A stretch of 53,928 nucleotides of DNA, filler included, from Jimgerdemannia flammicorona (taxonomy: Eukaryota): assembly GCA_003990765.1 (NCBI GenBank). It is 2 parts of 2 records of this genome, joined end to end, with 100 filler letters (N's around TTAATTAATTAA, not from the genome) between each part and the next. Parts side by side here need not be neighbours in the genome. Positions count along the whole stretch, not along the records: positions 27,015 to 53,928 come from RBNJ01000681.1; 1 more part is not named here. One strand, 5' to 3'. Below the pieces are notes generated by a model. It had not been told where the DNA came from and did not search any database. It saw nothing but the letters and a program-made list of their open reading frames with translations. Below are positions 49,825 through 53,928 of the stretch, one piece after another; the stretch's first letter is position 1; the number at the start of each line of letters is the position of its first letter. Made by a program: the position numbers and the translations under genes.

Positions 49825-52323
49825 GTGACCCAGGAGACAGTGAAGCCTTCCACCAACATTGGAGAAGAATTGACACCCCAGCAGCAACAACAACTAGTAA
49901 AACTCCTCAACAAATATCAAGATATCTTCACCACTGATTATGGCAACCTGCCATACAACCCATCATATCACCACAGTATAAATACAGGAAATGCAACACT
50001 CATCCAGAAGAAACCATATAGGATACCCCATCATCTAAAGATATTCAAAAAAGAACACATTCAAGAACTTCTGGATAATGGAGTCATCCAACCCTCAACC
50101 AGCCCCTGGGCTAGCCCTATACTTATTGTACCAAAGAAAGGAGGATGGAGACTCAGTGCAGATTATAGAAAACTCAATTCAGTTACTGAGAAAGATGCTT
50201 ATCCTCTGCCCAGAATCAATGATCTCTTGGATCAGTTACAAGATGACAGATACTTCAGCAGTATGGATCTTTTTGCAGGATTCCATGAGATCCCCATAGA
50301 CCCCAAAGACATTCAAAAGACAGCCTTCCTTGCTCTAGAAAAACTGTTTGAATACCTCCGAAAGCCTTTTGGACTTTGCAATGCACCCCCCACATTTCAG
50401 AGGATGATGAATTCAGTCTATGCCCCTTTGATCCACCACTACCTGATTGTATATATGGATGATTCCAACATCTATTCAGCAAACTTTGAAGAACACCTGC
50501 ACTACCTTGAACAATTTTTCAAGCTCACCCATAAGAACCACCTGAGACTCAATGCAAAGAAATGCTACTTTGGAAAACAGAAACTCAAATTCCTTAGATT
50601 CATAGTTTCAAAGGAAGGAACCCATGCAGATCCAAAGAAAACTGAAAAGATCAACAATTGGCCAGTATCCAAGACTCTCAAGAAAACACTATCATTCCTG
50701 ATGCTAGTATCCTACTACAGAAGATTTATTAAGGACTTTGCTCAAATCGCTGCCCCAATCTGAACCCTTCTCAAGAAAGGAGTACCTTACAAATAGACAC
50801 AATCACAAGAAAAAGCCTTCAAAGAACTCAAGAACTGTATGACTACAGCACCAATCCTTGTGCGCCCCAACCTACAGAAGCCATTCATCTTGTACACAGA
50901 TGCTTCTAAAGATGGCCTGAGAGCAGTTCTAGCCCAAGAAGGACCTGACCAACAATACCATATGATAGCTTATTCAAGCTGAGCTACCAATCAGCAACAG
51001 ATGAACTATGGTAGCACCAAATTGGAATGCCTTGCAGTCATATGGGTGGTTACTCTGTTCAAGCATTACCTCATTAGAAAAAGGTTTACCCTGATCACAG
51101 ACCATATAGCAAATGGCTATTCAACCGCAAGGAACCCACCAGAATCCTAGTCTGCTGGTTCCTTATCCTTCAAGATTACAAAATCACCATTATCTACAAA
51201 GCAGGGAAAGCTCACAACAATGTTGATGTACTTTCCCACCAGCCCCAATGAACTAGAAGAAGGGTGTCCCAAGGAACTATACCCTAAAGGAAGCTCCTCA
51301 GACCATCAAGACACAAGAAGATCTTATTTGAAAAGAACATCAGAAAGCCCACCAAGGACAAGCAAATATAGAAATGAAGCTGCAAACAACACACCAACAT
51401 TGGCCCAACCTCAGAACACAAGTCTGGGACATACTTAAGAAATGTGATACCTGTCAGAAGTACCAAGGAAAGAAGAATTATCAAGCACCACTGCAACCAA
51501 TTGCACCACCAGACAACATCTTTCAGAGATGGGGAGTAGATATAATTGGACCTTTACCAGTTATATCAAGAAGAAATAAGTATATTCTCGTATTTGTGGA
51601 ACATCTGACCAAGTGGCCCAAGGCTTTCCCAATGGAAATCATAGATGTCTTGACCATTGTAGGCCTTCTCCATAGACTCTCACTATATATGGACCTCCAG
51701 AAGAGCTTATCTCTGATCGAGGCACAGAGTTCATCAACAACATAATTATGAGTTATGTCAGAATTCACAAGATTCACCTCAAATAAACCACATCATACCA
51801 TCCCCAGACCAATGGCATAACAGAAAGAATGAATGAGACCATCAAGAGAGGACTTGCCCAAGTCAATCCTACCAACTGGGACCTCTGCTTACCTGAGATC
51901 CTATGGAAAATTCAGAACATCTCTGCTGCCTCTACCAAACAAAAGCTATTCGAAATGATGTTTACTAAGAAGAGTAGAACTGCTGACCAAGAGAACCTCA
52001 GAGACCTCCTCAAGAAAGCAGAAGATTTACATAATCAGGCCCAAGTTCAGATTATCAAAGCCCAAGAAAGACAATAGAAGGACTATAATCAGAAGCAGAA
52101 GGATCAGGAGATCAAGATTGGAGATCAAGTACTAGTTTGGAGAAGCATGATCAAAATAAACTTTACCACCAAACTGGAGCCCAAATGGGAAGAACCTTAT
52201 CTTGTGCATAATATCCAAGGAACCAGCATCTATTTAAGAAGCATGGAAGGACAACCCCTCAGGACACCAGTATATATCAACTGCCTCAAGATATACCTCT
52301 CTCATCATGAACCAGACCATTGA
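49825..52323 (+). pseudogene. Gypsy B RT, RNase H and integrase (no chromodomain)
   Basis: SPWASPILIV, DYRKLN, PFGLCNAPPTFQ, YMDD; YTDASKDG; CDTCQK, WGVDIIGP, HPQTNGITERMN, KLEPKWEEPY. Confidence 0.95.
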
Positions 52324-52819
52324 CCAGTGCCTCCAGACCCTTGTTCTGAGTTTATTCCAATTACTCCCAGTTTCCCTTCCACAATTCCAACAAGCTGATG
52401 GAAACCCCCTTCAGCAAATCCAGACTCATCAACAGAACCTCACCTTGGCCAGACATTTACTATAAATTCACCAGCTGCAGGCCTACTATGTAATTGGAGA
52501 ACAGTTGCAGAGCCTCCCAATAGCAGGCCTGACTTACATCAGGAACTCCACTGGCCTCACCCAGAAAAACACCACTGCTGTAGACAGATTATACACAATC
52601 TACAAATGAAACATCCCAGTCTTGACATAAGCACAATTCCTTCTGAATGACATTCAGAATATGAACCCTGCCACCTACTGAAGCATTATCAATCATGTCG
52701 AAATCCTGTTTCCAGAAGAAGAAGAGGAACCTGTTGAGTAAAGCAATTCTGATCCAAATGAAGATACCAGTTCAGGTATTGATGCTGAAGATGCTTATGC
52801 ATACTGGAATGATGACTAA
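52307..52819 (+). pseudogene. Extra ORF3 between integrase and the 3' LTR, function unknown (170 codons)
   Basis: One frame MNQTIDQCL...QLQAYYVIGEQL...VDRLYTIYK...AYWNDD* with five internal TAA/TGA stops and no frameshift. Confidence 0.7.
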
Positions 52820-52859
52820 AGGATTGTCTGAGAACAGACCATCCTTTAGTGGGGGCTGA

Positions 52860-53749
52860 TGTAATGCGCAAGAGAATTGCACTAATGAAATCATAAATTA
52901 GCCACATACTATATCTAGTGTACCAAGCAACCAAGACTGCTTTGCTGTGCCAACCTGTATATTTAGCCAGAAATACCAGAAACAGTATGTTTACCTGTAC
53001 CCTTGAGGTACACCATACCCTCAAGGTATACCATACCCTCAAGATACACTGTACCCTCAGAGAACACTTGCCATAGTTAGCAATCTATAGTTAGCAATGT
53101 AACAACCAGAGAGTAACCAACTTGTATAAATTACCCCAGAGACAAGAGTGAATAAAACCTCAGTCTGAATGCTCATGCCAATGAAGCCAGTCTTTAACAT
53201 AACTTTGCCAAGAGACCTTTCTCAGCCAAGCTGCCAATTCAGAAGAATCTGCATCATCTGAGTAGTATTCCCAGTTGAAGCTGAATCTGCATCATCTACT
53301 GTTTCTAAATTATCTGCCACATTCCCAGTTGAAGCTGCCGATTCAGAAAGAATCTGCGATATCTGAGTTATTTGTTTGTTCCCAATGAGCTCATATGGAA
53401 GAAACTACTGCTGGTATCTTTCCCAGTAAGAAGAATCCACACCATATAATTCCCAGTGAGCCGAATCAAGATACTACCAGAAATCACATACTTTTGGAGA
53501 TCATCGTGCTATACAGAGATCATCACACCAAGATCATCATGCTACATAAGAGATCATCTTACCAGAAATCACATACTTTTGGAGATCATCACACTATACA
53601 GAGATCATTGCACCAAGATCATCATGCTACATAAGAGATCATTATACCAGAAATCACATACTTTTGGAGATTGCCTTGCTACACCAAATTGAAGGGATCC
53701 CAAAGGGATAGCATATTAAAGATGTGTATTACTCGATTAGGCAATTACA
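52860..53749 (+). repeat. 3' LTR of Gypsy B, containing an 85-bp tandem repeat (53476-53671)
   Basis: TGTAATG...AATTACA. CCAGAAATCACATACTTTTGGAGA occurs at 53477, 53562 and 53647. Confidence 0.85.
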
Positions 53750-53928
53750 TATATATATATCATACAATTACAGAATTCATTGTATGCCCAACATCTTGTC
53801 CCCTTTTCCTTATGCTCCATTATCTTCACTATCATACAGTTCTACTCACACATTCATCATTAAAGTATAGTTATCATTACAACCACCAATAACTACAATA
53901 GTAACATACAAATATGTAGATATAAAAA

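Larger units (their letters stand above)
44110..53749 (+). mobile_element. Full-length Ty3/Gypsy element, family B (gag-PR-ZnF-dUTPase-RT-RH-IN-ORF3), degenerate
   Basis: TGT...ACA termini, TATAT on both flanks (44105-44109 and 53750-53754), LTR pair, PBS, PPT-like TTAGTGGGGGCTGA before 52860, and all core pol motifs. Confidence 0.93.

Noticed and set aside
53476..53671. Regularly spaced 24-bp repeat resembling a CRISPR array
   Set aside because: The spacers are near-identical (85-bp tandem repeat), it lies in an LTR, and there are no cas genes.

Overview
Eukaryotic, most likely fungal, repeat-rich DNA (a Zn2Cys6-type cluster and a chromovirus are present). About 80% is nested, C>T/G>A-decayed retrotransposons. 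These are four or five minus-strand L1/Tx1-like LINE copies, one Ty1/Copia relic, a Ty3/Gypsy chromovirus (family A) and a full-length non-chromo Gypsy (family B, 44110-53749). Family A carries a dUTPase and ~2-kb LTRs with a ~365-codon ORF in U3, and is also present as an inverted solo LTR and a third fragment. Family B carries a zinc-finger insert, a dUTPase and an extra 3' ORF. Between the TE blocks lies a CpG-rich island (~34.8-43.5 kb) built from a triplicated ~3-kb unit; two units carry a small CCCH + Zn2Cys6-like gene. The main novel signal is that the ~55-aa zinc module of these island genes (CPxCL..RCxxH..SK...RNSPG..CxxC...KK) is recognisably the same module found inside the polyprotein of the neighbouring Gypsy B, whose 5' LTR holds a CpG-retaining array of CCG 9-mers. 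A 100-bp scaffold gap with an artificial linker lies at 26915-27014. No rRNA, tRNA or CRISPR was seen. All alignments were done by eye.
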